From Bigelowiella natans CCMP2755 (lineage: Eukaryota; Protista; Cercozoa), in the NCBI GenBank assembly GCA_000320545.1, contig ADNK01000828.1:62001-126000 (forward strand): DNA of 64,000 nucleotides, read 5' to 3'. Positions 40,982 through 55,030 of this stretch are shown piece by piece; position 1 is the stretch's first letter; every line of letters starts with the position of its first letter. The notes beneath the pieces were generated by a model. That model made no database searches, was not told the origin of the DNA, and saw nothing but the letters and a program-made list of their open reading frames with translations. The position numbers and the translations under genes were made by a program.

Positions 40982-41429
40982 AGTCTTAGTGGAATTTAGA
41001 AAATGTTATTTGCAATTCCGGATCGAAATTGAATATTTGTGAGTGATGATTGCATGTTGGCATCAAAATGATTGTTGTGTGATGTGCACATTGCATGCGT
41101 GCACTCTAGCACTAGTGCATCACACGCTAGCACAGTCTGACGTGCGCATGTCTGCACTGGTGCAGTGCAACACTGGGATGGCGACTCACCGCATCATTGT
41201 TTCATGCGTCATTGCGCATCGCCATCCATCATCAAACGATCTATCGATGTTTGCAATGACGAATTCATCGTGACTCGATTGCACATCATTTTTGTGCTCC
41301 CTAACTCTGGAATTCGGTTGGTCGTTCACCTGCGCTGGCTGGCTGGCTGGTTAGCTGGCTAGCTCATGAAGCTGGCACGCTGGCACGGTGCGTTGCAACA
41401 TGCCGTGCTGACAATGGCAATCTAGCAAT

Positions 41430-42150
41430 GTGGGGGGGACGCGGGTGAGAAAGATTTCATCTTTTCCGTGTCAAAATTCCTGTTTGTCGCCCCAGTGCTG
41501 GCAATTTTCGCAAAAGACTTGCAATGATTGGCCATTTGAGTGGATTTGTTCTTCGATCTGCGATGAATTCATTCCGAAGTCTTGCGAACGAAACCGAAGA
41601 AAACAGATCATCAGCGACAATCACAGATCCAAGCACTGATGACTGCTGCTCAAGCATCGACATGGTTTGTTCCAGACGACACACGATGAAGATTGTCGCA
41701 CTTGCAAAACAAAACATGTCTCCGTCCAAACGGAACCTGATTGGCGGAGAAGCAACACGTGCAATTGCTTCCCTGCGATGAAGAAAGAAAGGATTCTCTG
41801 GTGATTTTCAAGCAAAGAGTTTTCGAATGGATGTCGGATCTCGTTCGGAGAGGCTCGCCATCGTGATTTTTGGTGTTTGCCTGCCGCTTGCCTGTGATTT
41901 GTCCGATGCAAAATTGAGAAGCCCACGCACATGGACAGGACTTTGCACCGTTTGTGCATGGTCTTGTCGGGGTGGGCGTCCGGGGATCTAGCTGAGAAGA
42001 AAACGTGTCCGGTGCGTGTCATTGGGCTTTGTTGAACCCCGCGTGTTCGTTCTGAGGCAAAACAGCGTAGCCGCCGCTTTGCACAGTTGCACAGATGCAT
42101 TGGGATGACTTGACCATTCTAGCATTGACAAAAAGCACATGACCATGATG
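41430..42150 (-). mobile_element. dispersed repeat family A, contiguous copy (TpA-depleted, probably non-autonomous element)
   Basis: Carries both family A fragments adjacent to each other. Only 3 TA in 720 bp, all TAG. No clear TIR/TSD identified. Confidence 0.6.
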
Positions 42151-42477
42151 GACTATTTCATCACATCCGTCTCATGTGCACAGTGACAATGGCGTGCCAC
42201 AGCAAGCACTGCGCTACATTGCCTGTCGCAGACAACACACACACAGCATTTGTGCCAGGGCGCGACATCAGTGCTTACTCTGATTGTAATGCAAACATGT
42301 GTCCGACTACGTCATCTACTTCGAACCAAACTAGCAAATGTACTGCAAAAAGATCCTGTTGCTTGCACATTCATGGCCCTGAAGTATCGTATCGCCGAAT
42401 CGCATATTTAATCGGAACTATAACTTACATTCTTACTCACATTGCTACTTATGGGTATAGGGCTTTAAAATTAAGCA

Positions 42478-42665
42478 CTAGGCTGTTGATTCGGTATTTG
42501 CAATGCTACTTTTCATGAGAACAATCCTGTTCATTGCATCTGCGACATAAGCGTCAGGAGTGGATGCCCCGCTAGTAACTCCTATTCTCACTTTCCCTAT
42601 TAAACCACAAACATGGTGTTTATAAGAGTCAATTTGGCACTACCAACATTAGCATGATTAACGTT

Positions 42666-42696
<31 letters not shown>

Positions 42697-44158
42697 CAAT
42701 TGTTATCATCAGGAAAAACATACTCTACTACCAACAATACCTTCTGGCAAAAGGTTCTTGAGAACCTTAATTTCGCCATCGATCTAAATATAACGTTGAC
42801 GTCAGCACAGAAAACAACTGTTGCATTGATCTATTCACTCATTCCATCATTCCATGATATATGTACTAGAAACAATTTTGTCTACGTTGTAGGTTTCGAT
42901 ATGATCATAATGAGAAAACAAGGATTAACGAAGTCACAGCATACCGTGCGATATTCGATGGAGTTATCGGGTCTTAGCCTTTCTGCACGATCAATGTGGT
43001 AAGCGGGTATTCCTGATAGATGCGTCAGTTAAGAAACAAATTTGAGTATATGATGGTTTAGACGAAGAACAAGAAGCAGAGAGAAGAAAAAGAAGGTGTA
43101 AGAGATGAGGAAGAAGATAATCATTCAGAGAATCTTCTCCTTCTTGTGAAATGGTGATTATAAAGCTGTAGTAGCCTTTAGTAGCAGTAGCAGTAGCAGC
43201 AGCAGCAGCAGTAGTAGTAGAAGCAGTAGCCTGATCTTTTTCTTTTTCTTCTTTTTCTTGTTCTTCTTAACCTTGATGCTCTGGGATTTCAACTAAATGC
43301 CGTGTGTTTGAGCTATCCCACCCCCCCACGATCAGGAAAAAGTCGATGGTTTTGTCCTCTGCAAGCTCATGAATAGCATCCTACTCGTTGTGTTATGCCG
43401 GAGGACAGATAGCAGCAGCAGTAGCAGCAGCAGCAAGAGTATGAAGTGTAGCAACACAATAGCGATAACTACCAAACACGCATCATGATATCATACTACT
43501 ACTACTGCTACTACTACCACTACTACTACTACATACAACGACGACGGCGACGAGTATTGAATGGGATCAGGTGTTCGAAGAAGAAGCGTAACAACAACAA
43601 CAACAACAGCAACAACAACAGCAACAACAGCAACCAGAACAATAGCAAACAATAACACCTGTCGCTCCTGGGTGGCATCACAGATGGTATCGAACTCCAT
43701 GTAATGCTTGTTTAGCTGAAGGGAGGGATAGGAGTAGTGGTAGTGGTGTTTTTGTACTTTTTATGATGCTGTTGCTCAAAGAAAGTAGTCATCGTAAGAT
43801 TGAAGAATTAGTGGCTTCCATATTAATAATCAATAATAATCTTTAATCATCCTTCGTCTCTTCTCGTCTCTTTTCTTCACGTTTAGAGAAGCGTCGTTCT
43901 ATCACCTCTTCTGGCCCATATTTCTGCATCATTGTCTTCTGCAGCATTTGGCCAATGGCACGAGTTTCCTTCTTATACATCGTAGTCTGGTTAGCTAGGC
44001 CAAGTTTTTTCAAATGTACGTCAGGATCGAAACCCTTGGACATGGCGTTCTTAAACTTCTCCATGAATTCAGCCTTGTCCCCACCGTTGAGGATGTAGTT
44101 TGCAACATACTCGGCCTCCTGCATGGTCTTAACGATGATGTAGTCCTGGAAGTAGTTA

Positions 44159-44193
<35 letters not shown>

Positions 44194-46691
44194 AGGGAAT
44201 TAGCCTCCAGCCAACCATTCACGTGCACAGCACATTAAAGACGACGAAGACCAAAACTTACGAGTAGGAGAAACAAGAAGAAAAAGAAGAGGAGGGAGGA
44301 GGAGGAGGAGGAGGAGGAGGAGGAGGAAGGGAGGAGGGGGATGAGGACCTCTGCGAAACTGGCAGTTGCAATGGTCTCCTCGTGGCTCCAGGTACCTGAA
44401 ATCATGTAATATACGACGACGAGACTCATCATCATTGTTGTTTCTTCTTCTTCTTCTCAGAACGATGAATCGTGACGAATGAGTGATGATTTTATTAACT
44501 CATGCAGCAGCAACATAATGACCAACGGTATCTACAATCGCGGCGAGAACAATGCTAATACTAAGAATATTTATAACAATAATCACACAAGACTTCTCAT
44601 CCTTCTGATACTACCAGTATTCTATCAATTCCCTCACACTGCATACATGTTTAGACATATATAACGTATTTGTAAAATAAGCAAACCGTGTATGATACTG
44701 GTCATTCCTCCTTTGGTGTGAGCATCTACTGAATTCCAGACCTAAGTAGGATGGCGAGGAGGAGGAGGAGGAGGAGGAGGAGGAGAGTGGCAGTCGCGTT
44801 ATTAGTAGCAGCAGCAGCAACAGTAGTACTAGTAAGACCACGTTGTACTATGACGACGTACGTGCGTATATACCTTGCTAACCCATGGGCAGGTAGTGTC
44901 TACGATTTGAACTCCACGTTCAGTCAGCAACTGCATCTAAGTGTGATTGGTATACATAATGGATGTATTAATAACATAGTAACCACCGATCATGAAATGA
45001 TAATCAGGGCATCTAAGTGTGATTGGTATACATAATGGATGTATTAATAACATAGTAACCACCGATCATGAAATGATAATCAGGGCATCTAAGTGTGATT
45101 GGTATACATAATGGATGTATTAATAACATAGTAACCACCGATCATGAAATGATAATCAGGTAAATTGTTGTAGTTGCTGATAAATACGAGCTGCTGTGCT
45201 GCTGCCTGAATATCACAGACCTCTTCAAGTGTAGCTCCAAATGCAGGAAGAATAACCACATCGTCCTTCTCAACCTGTCGTAAGTTAGTAGTATCAACAC
45301 AAAGAAAGCGGAATTTGTAGTAAAAAAGAACATTCATTCTTCCATCGCTCTGAACTGTAAACTCGAATCATGGACAACTCGTGTGGTGGTGTGCGTATTC
45401 GTGTGTGTTCTCAGAACAGATGCGAGATGTGGAAGTGAGGCGAATAAAACCTGATCGAAGTTCTTGACGCCATCTTCTACAGGAATAAATCTAAATGGTT
45501 TCGCCATCAGTGTAAGAATCAGAAATAATAATTCGGATAATGCGAGCAAAAGCAAAATCATATTAGGTTAGTAATGATATACTTGATGCCCATGTTCGCC
45601 ATTTTGTCATTGACTCCAGGATTGTGGATGATTTCATTGGTGATGTGGATGGTCTTGTCGCCGTAATGTAGCTTCGCCTCGATTGCCATTTGCACAGCCC
45701 GCTCAACACCCCAACAGAAGCTATCATAGGAGTGGGGATAGAGGAATTGTTTAGAAAGAAAATAATAGTAGAAGGAGTATGACTGCCCTGCTAAGAGACT
45801 GATAAAGAGAAGAAACAAATCATGAGAAATTCTGTGTGTGTTTCAAAAGTTGGTTCTGAAAAGATAAAGAAGTAAGCTGTCTGGCTTACCCGAAATCTTG
45901 AGCTAGACGGAATGTGATGTCTCCCTTTTCCATCGTGTAGCTGATATCCATATTTAGGTGTGAAAAGCATCATAATCATTTTAGAAACCGTCTCATCAAA
46001 TACGTGGTGTGTGTGGTTGCTGGTTTAAGCTGCTTACAGATTGTCTCGCATATCCTTGATTACGTCAGACTGGAACTCATCAAACATTTCCTTTTCGGCG
46101 ATCGGCTGAAAATATGTGGATCGATCATTGTTTGTGGATGAGGTGTGCCAAATTTGAAATGGATAGGGGAAATCACGGGTGATTGATTGATTGTGCACGT
46201 ACTACTGACTACCCTCGTCTCCTTGAATCCCATCCGATTGAAAGTGTCTTGCCGTTTAATTTGTTTCAGTTGCTCCCTTTTGCTAACCTCTGACATATCG
46301 GAAAAGCAACCATTAGAGTGAGTACCCTTCATGTAAACTATATTGCAGCAGATCTTTGAGTAAAATATAGCCTACCAGTGCTTCTGGGAACCAAACGTTG
46401 CCTCGTTGCATGTAAAGATGATGATGATGTGTCGCAGCCCTTCTTCATGCTGCTTGTGAATCCTGGAGAAAATCTTACTGTTGCAGGAACCGAACGAAGC
46501 GTAGCCATCAAATCTTGACGGCTCATCTGGGCCATTTGGGGCTCGCTCGAGGTGTCGCCCATCCTGAGTGCGAGCACTACCAGCAATCCAAACAAAGCGA
46601 CCGTTGCATAGAGACACACGACAGGGTAGCTTTGTTTCCTCCTCTGATTCACACCCATCATGAAGCTATCGTAATTTGCACTTCGCAGCAT
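42478..46691 (-). CDS. ispH: 4-hydroxy-3-methylbut-2-enyl diphosphate reductase (HDR, MEP pathway), bipartite plastid leader
   Basis: [77 protein letters not shown] and [11 protein letters not shown]. All three Fe-S cysteines present. Stop TAG at 42478-42480. Start Met approximate. Confidence 0.96.
44933..45160. repeat. 3 x 76-bp perfect tandem repeat in an ispH intron
   Basis: Unit GCATCTAAGTGTGATTGG...GATAATCAGG starts at 44933, 45009 and 45085. Confidence 0.95.
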
Positions 46692-47212
46692 GACGGCTCC
46701 TCTGTGCAGAGTTTCGGAATGTAGAGCAGGGGGTGGTCTAATCCCGTGTTGGAAGCTCGTATTGTTATTCCCTCTTTTGTAGAGCCGAGAAGGACGACAA
46801 TAACAACATCTGGAATCCCGGGACAATTTGTGTCGGAACACTTTCATAGGGCATTTAGCATTGTTTTGTGGAAATACGTGTACCATTACGAGTAGTCGTG
46901 AAAAGTTCGCTGGCGACTTGAGTAGTGCGGCAATTAAATTATTCAGTTGTTGTTATTGTTGTTTTATCATTGGTTGTTAGATCTAGATCTTACCTGCATG
47001 CATGCCGTTCATGTACCACTACATTTAGACATGCTTCTCCATTCTCCATCAATAATGGGGATTTAACCTCTGCTTTATTGCAAATTGACAATGTCGCAGG
47101 ATATGAATTAGAGCTATTTTCGATTTTCCTTCTCAGCGCCCGAGATCATCGATTGATTGATTGATCTGTCTCGGTGTCATCTTCCGTACGTAAGTACGTA
47201 CACCTTTGGTAC

Positions 47213-47936
47213 ATGCAGAGCCACCCTCGCACTATTAGGCTGCGAAGTTGTCTTCTGTTCGTTCTGTTGGCAACGCAGATAACGGTATCTCTTTCTTTGA
47301 TTTCGAATGGACCTCTAACTTCGGTGGAGAAGGTCCACTGCGCACAGGTTAAATGGCTATTCCGAGGAGTCGGGTGTGTTGCTTTCCACATTATGAAGTC
47401 TTCTATTCATTTCCAAATAGAGGCCTGCTGTGATACATAGGTGCACTAAATTCCTAGATCGTTACTGGGAAAGAAAACCATTGCTTACACGGTGATACTA
47501 CCATGAGCACCAATGTTCAAACTTAAAAAAGTAACATTTTATGATATTACAGCTCCAATCAGAACAGCAGGCAGAAAGTCAAGAATTTGTTCCAAGTGCG
47601 GGATTTTCCTACTCTCTTACAGCTATGGCACATGAAGTAAGCTAATACCTATGATGATCTAACATGCGACGCTTGCGTGAATGAACCTAATTCATCAGGA
47701 GCAACGACACTCATGGGCAAGTCCTCTTCATCGAGCCAGGGACATTCAAACATGATGCATCTATAGTGCCACAGGTTTATAGCAGGCTGTAGAAATTTAC
47801 ATCTTCGTTTCAGCCAGACTTATTTTTTGGAATTGATACTCGAAAGGGCGCGCAGATTACTCGTAAAGAAGTCATGGCAGCACTTGATGCTCAGAGAACC
47901 GTGATTATCCACAATCTTGAAATTTACTGGTAGTAA

Positions 47937-47984
<48 letters not shown>

Positions 47985-49206
47985 CAGCAGCAGTAGTGAT
48001 AGTAGTAATAATAGTAGTATATCTCAAAAAAGGAAACTGTTTAGATTAAAAGTCATTCTTGCTAGCTTATAAGTCGACGGTGGTGCTGTTTGAAGGGGGC
48101 CAGTAGCGCGCTTCAGTTTGCAGCTTGCAGGACTCTTCCACATGTATGCACAGGTTTGTCGGCTACGATGAAAAGAAAACAGAAAAATGAAACTAAAATA
48201 AGGAATCTTCTTAAAGGCAAACCTGTACTGGTCTCCCGGAGGATTGAAGTCATCAATTAGTCCTCACCAGGACGCTCAGTCTGTATTCATAGTTCAACTG
48301 TCAGGTATGCTTCGAAGAAGAAAGTAACTGACGCCATAAAGCAACATGCACCCACCCGCCCAATCCCCCCTCATACTCAAAATCACACACATCAGGTTAC
48401 AAAACTTGGAAGCTGTTTCGGAGCAAGGAAAAAGTCAAGGAGGTAGATAATATGAATTTATCACTCTACAAATTTGTACCGGGTTAATTATTATTAAGGT
48501 TCCGAACGGTGAATTGGCGTTGAAACGAACGCATCAAGGCAAAGGAGAAGACATTCTAAAAGAAAGTGATATTGGAGGAAACTCGGGGGTGATTCTTGAA
48601 GCACGGTTGTCTCCTGGCGATGTACTCTTCATTCCCAGAGCAATGTTCCACTCAACGACAACAGCGGGCGAAAAAGAAGATTCTCTTCATATCACCGTAC
48701 CGATGACTTTGAAACAGCTACTTTGCTACTAAGTTTAACCCTAGCAAACATTCTGGTTATAATAACGTACAGATCGGAATCGAAACAGAGACAGATGGTT
48801 TGGTGTGGGGCGACATTCTTACTAAGACGCTCTCTAATGTTGCTACGGAAGCTCCGATCTGGAGCCAGAATCTACGAGAATCCATTCCAATTCGTGGACT
48901 TCGATCCCCTCAAGACAAAACGTTCCTGAAGGAAACTGCGGTTGAACGCTTAAAAATATTGATAAAGAACCTCGAGACCATCCCTGAATCTACATGGGAA
49001 AAGGTATGTTAACCACAACTAGAATACCAGCAGAACCGTTTGTTTATGCTAGAATATTAATTCAGGCTCTTGGGGACACGCTCTCACAGACGTCCTATTT
49101 TTTAGAATCAAAGTGGGCACAACAACGCAGATTTCTAGAGAATTTCGAGTCTCGCACAAAAACATCGACTAGAACTTCCCAATCCGTACGCAAAGAGGAG
49201 TTGTAA
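47213..49206 (+). CDS. JmjC/cupin_4 (NO66/MINA/ROX-like) 2-oxoglutarate oxygenase with signal peptide and C-terminal KEEL
   Basis: ANLYWSPGG...PHQDAQSVFIVQLSG|YKTWKLF and LSPGDVLFIPRAMFH...SLHIT|IG give the HxD...H triad. N-terminal SCLLFVLLATQITVS. Ends VRKEEL*. Confidence 0.8.
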
Positions 49207-49829
49207 TGAATAACCTTTTCAAATACAAACTATGTATACTTGTGAAGCTTCGGCGCATTTGACTGCACTAGATAGTACCCCAATAAGCTACAATCCATAC
49301 ACAAGCAGCGCGTATGAGCCTGTACGCAGTCTTAAGGTTGGCTAACAGTCGTTGGAATTACCCACGGGATTAAAGCACAGATGATTTGCAAATTGTGAGG
49401 TAGTAAGCTGCAGTCATAATGCGAGCTACGAAATAATGAAGGGCGAAGTAGATGCATGATATAGCTATGTTCTTTCAGCGTAAAAATTATTTTTGACCGC
49501 CATATGCATACCCGTCCGAAAAGACCAAAACACAACCAATATACTATATCATTACATGGACTATGTCCAGCGTGCTATGTAGGATGCTGCACATATCTTA
49601 GATATATGCATACATGTAAGATGGATAAACCAAGCAACTCGTCATGAGTAAAGTTGAACGCTAAGTGCTTGCGCACACACGTAAACAAGTGCATGCATTT
49701 TCTTTGTATTTACATTCCTCAGATAGCAGCATGCATCGCTAATAATTTATAAGCTGCAGCACAATACCAAGCACAGCACAATCAAGCACAGCACAGCTTC
49801 TAAAGGATATTTAGCAATCGTCTGTCCTA

Positions 49830-51225
49830 TGCTTCATGGCACTGGACAGTCACCACATAATATAAACAGGTCATAGTTTATCCTTTGGAGCAATTACGAA
49901 AGAGTAGATGAATAGACGCGGTTCATGTGCTACTTCTCAGTGGAATTCGTTGCCCCAGTTGAATTCTGGCTTAGTATTGCACTGAAAACTTGTTTCATAA
50001 AAGCATTCCGTTCCTTGAACAAAAAAAGTGAAAAGTCAACATTCATTCGATACGATTCCTCGGTTTTACCTCTATTGCTCCTATTGGAGAATCGCTTTGG
50101 CCTGCAGCTCCCATTATCTGAAACTTCGAATATCAGATAAGAAATGATGTTTTTGGCGTTTGACAGACCGATCCAAGGATGCCATTGCTGATCTCTCCAG
50201 CTCTTTGTGCCATCTTCCTGGTGTGGATCTGATATTTCGAGAGACTGAATGAGTGGAAAATATTGACGATTTTCTGATATCCTCACCTCCCATTCGGAAC
50301 TATTTGACCCATACTTCTGTGTGATTTCCCATTGCTTATCAAGGCTTTGGTTGTAGGAATAGGACAGGTTTCAGTGGGGGATAATTCTCGCAAGAATAAT
50401 AGTACACACCCTTCGTCGATAAGCATATTGAGGGCTCCGAGTCTGCTATGAATATTCTGCAAATATTTCATTCGACTTCAGGAAGAGCAACGATTGCATG
50501 AAAGAAATATGATTATTACAGATGATTTCATGTTTGTATCCCAAGCATTGTCCTTGCTGCTACCATTATGTAAATCAGATTCTAACTCTGGAAGATTTCT
50601 CTCGTGATTTTCAGAGATACTATCGTCGTCATTTCCAGGATTTCGTTGCAGCAATTCTGAGCAGTTTTGAAGCAAACCTTCCAGACCTCCTGGAATCCGA
50701 CAATCTTCGGTTGGACAGTCTGTGATGCGCCCGAAGTCTGGCCCCTGTAAACTTCAATCACTCACCCACGATAAGAATGTATGACTCATTTTTTCTTAAG
50801 AAAGGCTAACCTTCGACCGCATCATATGTTCGAGTTTTTCATCAGTGATATTTTGATGGCAAAATAGCTGAGAATGAAGTGGTTTGTTAAAAATTTCAGT
50901 TGAATTAATGAAACGAAAATAATACTTCTTCTAATTCTTTTAAGTCTTCGCTAAGTGCTTTAAGGCTGTTCTTGCTTTCCATCATAGTTCCTCGCCCGCC
51001 GTTCCTTTCGGTGAGATGGCTACTTCGCGGCGTCAAATGCTGCAATTTTTTGGAATGACATTGTCCATCATCTTCTAAAGGAAATCCAACCCTTCTTGAC
51101 AGCTGCTCGTGTGTTGTGATTGACAGCAGTATGTTAGCAACGGTGATGAATGGAAGAACAACACGACAAATCCATAGGTAATGCCGATGGGAAATAGTAG
51201 CTTGGTTCCGACGATGAGTTTCCAT
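49830..51225 (-). CDS. multi-exon hypothetical protein
   Basis: Open segments 50905-51225, 50478-50750, 50283-50471 and 49930-50286 with GT-AG gaps. No family recognised. Confidence 0.35.
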
Positions 51226-51651
51226 AATTCAGATAATGTCGACGCCCTTAGCTTTTCGATTCACAATTGGTTTCTCTAAGGTTCCAATCTATCAATGGAA
51301 AATGAAAAAACCCTGGCTCAATTATGGATTTCCATGGACCTCCTCTAATATAGTATCCTCCATGAGTTCCAGCAGGGAGTTGTAATGGGTGGGGGGGAGG
51401 GCGCTTAATGACGGTGTATCATAAAGATAGGAAGAAATATCTAGTATAATTACCAATAAAGTATATTGTCATTCAAAAAGTATTATCAAGTTTATTTTTC
51501 GAAATTGTATCGATTTATCCGGGACACAAAATTTTTATATCCCTACACATAATACAAATACCTAATGAAAAATAGTCTATTATTCGAACGCACATTCCTG
51601 TTTGCTGCTGCAAAGAGAAGTGGTGCGATGTGAGAATATGTTCTCCTAGAA

Positions 51652-52590
51652 ATGATGGAAGAAGTATCGTATGTTAGGCATTACGAGTATATGTCTAAAT
51701 CCCAAATTTGTTGTTGTCGCAGGTAGAAGTAGGACTGCATTTCGTATTATCATCGTCCTGTTTCGGAGGGAACAGCAGAACACCATTGCAGAACAGACAT
51801 GTAGGCATGTCAAGGGCCAAACCTAATCTCCTCCTCCTGCTCCTCCCCATCCTGTCCTTGTCTGGAAAGCAAGTCAATAATCACCCAGACAGAGTTGACG
51901 AGGGTTTTTCTTACCTTGAAACAAAGTAGGAATCAAATTCAGAGTTTTAACTGGCTCACACTCAGGCGCTGTATCATTTATTTCACCTCATATCTGCATA
52001 GAGAGAGAGAGAGAGATCGACACACAGTTCACTTGATGATACCATCAGGCGGCCATATTCATGCCAAACTAAGGCTCGCTCTACAAGGTTCCCTGTTTTT
52101 CTTCGCGGAGGGGATAAAGAGGTGGTAAAAGCTGGAATCAATGGAGAATGGGATTCGCTTGTGAGCGCATTTGAAGAAGGTATTATGAAGTTCCGCTCAT
52201 GCTGCACCAATCATGGAATAAAAGTGGGTAAAATATCAAAATATTTGCTACGAAATTCAGGGTGCGACGATGAAGCCGAAGAGATTACGTATGCAGAGCT
52301 TCGTTTGGAAGAAATGGACTACTTTGCAAGTGAAAACAAGGTAGCATTTCTGAGGTTGTACGATGTGTACGCATGATATATTCTGTTACATTATCACCTC
52401 ACAATTGGTGATATTCTACTATAGGAAGCTCCTTATGGGCCTGGGTTTTATTATCAATGCCCTTGTGGGGATTTATTCTATATAACCAAGGTACTATCAA
52501 AGATCATAACATTAAATTCTCCTGGTGTGTTAAATATGATTCAATCTGAAATGCCACGTGAAGTGGGTATATACGCTATGTGTTGTAATA

Positions 52591-52634
<44 letters not shown>

Positions 52635-52733
52635 GAGGACCTTCTGGCAGGAGCGAACATAGCGCGATGCCCCAGTTGCACCCTCGTAATTGAAATTCGA
52701 AATCCAGATTCCATCATCGACTATGCTAAATGA
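51652..52733 (+). CDS. CSL zinc-finger protein of diphthamide synthesis (DPH4/DPH3-like; degenerate J-like N-terminus)
   Basis: FYYQCPCGDLFYITK|EDLLAGANIARCPSCTLVIEI is a CSL finger. An upstream NHPDR motif suggests a J-domain. Confidence 0.75.
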
Positions 52734-53724
52734 AAGATAAGAGAAACGTTAAACTGCGTAGAAGGGATACATCTTATCGAAAACTGATTCTGCGTGCGAC
52801 CTTCAGATGTCTGCGAAGTCGTCTAGTTGTTTCCTACATCTGATTACATCGCTACGCCCATACATGCCATTACAAGTCGTGTATGCGCATATATGTAGCT
52901 ATACATCTTTTAGCTTTTTACATGCATGCTCTATGTATGTGGGTGTATGTTCTCCATCTTGTGGAATTGCCGCGCACACTTTGGTTTCACTGGGCTAGTC
53001 TCGTGCATATAAATAAGCGTGCTTCGAAGCATGTTGAGAGAATGAAAAGGCGACTATGACATCATCCAGACATGCTGAATGCGATGAAAGCCAATCATAA
53101 ACCTCAGACATAGTATTAGTTATAACATGCAGCGAAATACGGATTATGTACGTTTCTATTGTTAGATGTTAAATCTAGAACATCATAACGTGCACTAACA
53201 TACGTAGTGTCGCATTGCATCGCACAAATACGATATAAGCTGCATAACTCTATGAACGTATTCGACCGCTTGCGCTGTACTAGTGTATGCAGCTTCCACT
53301 CACCACCTCGCTATCTATTTAGCACGAAGTATATGAGCGATGGCCGATCAAGTGGTGATGGCAACGATATAAAGAGATAGTAGCTTCAGCGACCTCCACG
53401 ATCTATTATTGCACAACCACCAGTACTCATTTTCACACATATACAGATATATAGGATACTGCAACTTCTGCATGTTGGCGCTCTGTAGCAATAAAATGTG
53501 CATACATTTCGTACGCATGTCACTAGACAAGGCAGATATAAGCGCATCGTCATCAACTTTATTGTCAAACGTCACAAGTTGAAGGTATCTATTAGCAAAG
53601 ATGGAGTGATGAGAAGCCAGTCGATGCACATAAGGCGCTAGTATAGCAGTACATGTAACTACTTCGTCTCTTGCTGATATGAAGGTTTGTGACAAATAAT
53701 TCTTCCCGTTTCCGGAAGTTTAAG

Positions 53725-54833
53725 CTACGATGCAGGATTGACTTTTAAGAAACGAACGCACCAGTTAGACATATCATAATACGTCTCCTCTACACGAACA
53801 ATAGATGTGGAAGATATCCTTTGGTTGCCTTCTATGCTGCCATTTTTTACATTCTCGGATTTCATAGTCTCAGCGGCCTCCATTAGCAAGCTTTAGTATG
53901 CATGGACTGTCAAACGTTTTCAATGAGCACAATAAATATTCACAATACCTTTGTAATTCTCCTCGCTTATACACATGACAATATCTACTCAGATTAGAAT
54001 AATCAGATTAGAATAATGAGAAATTCCTCGATGTTAATTTCACATAATTTAATGGCTGATTACCGCTGGAAAACAAGGCTATTCTTGTCCTTTACAAAAG
54101 ATGCAGCTTGGACACCATCCATCTAGTGAATATTAGACTTTCAGAGCAAAACATTTCTAGGTTTGTATAGTTGTCAATCACCTGTTGGGGATGATGGGAC
54201 TGCAATCGGAAGTGAAACGGTACAAACACGTCCTGTTATGCGCCGAAATTTAGTCGAGTGGCAGGTACTAGTACTAATCTCTTCCTTCTTTAGAATGTTT
54301 GAGAGTAGGATAAAAGAATGGACAGCAACCTGAGCTGGAAATTTTCTCGCACCTTTATCGCCGTCCATCTTGAAAAAATAGTATTAAATAATGAATCTGC
54401 CGATATTGATCTTATAGCATGTTAGGTTGCATTTATCCTGATAATGATTGCTATCACCTCGCCCTGTTCAAAAGCCCATGCATACACCAGTCCTCGTCCT
54501 CCAGGTCGGAGAACCCTATTGTATAGACGCGCTATCGTCATTTTTTGATGAAATACTATATTTATAAACAACTTTCACTACCTTATTAATTCACGTAAAG
54601 CAGCTAAACGCCTGACAAGCGGAGAGAGCAATATTAATCACCGATTCTGCAACCGCATCTCTACAGCTTTCTCACACCTTGCCTTGGTAGAAAGGTGATG
54701 GAGTACTGCAATAGATATCGAGCCGTCGAATGAGTTGCTAAACTCAACGAAAATAGGATTAGTTTAATAATTTGAATCAGAGATTGGTTAACGACAGGAA
54801 ATAATTAAGCTGTTGATTTTAGCCTTACTACTA

Positions 54834-54877
<44 letters not shown>

Positions 54878-54986
54878 ACCTGCGGTATGGCGCATTGAGC
54901 GCATCACCAACTTGCGCATCAAACCCTTTAATTCTGATGAAGCCAATTAGTAATCGGAATGCTTTTCTGGTTATCACTGTGTGTGT

Positions 54987-55030
<44 letters not shown>

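Noticed and set aside
44933-45160. CRISPR-like array
   Set aside because: Head-to-tail identical units without spacers, in a eukaryotic intron.
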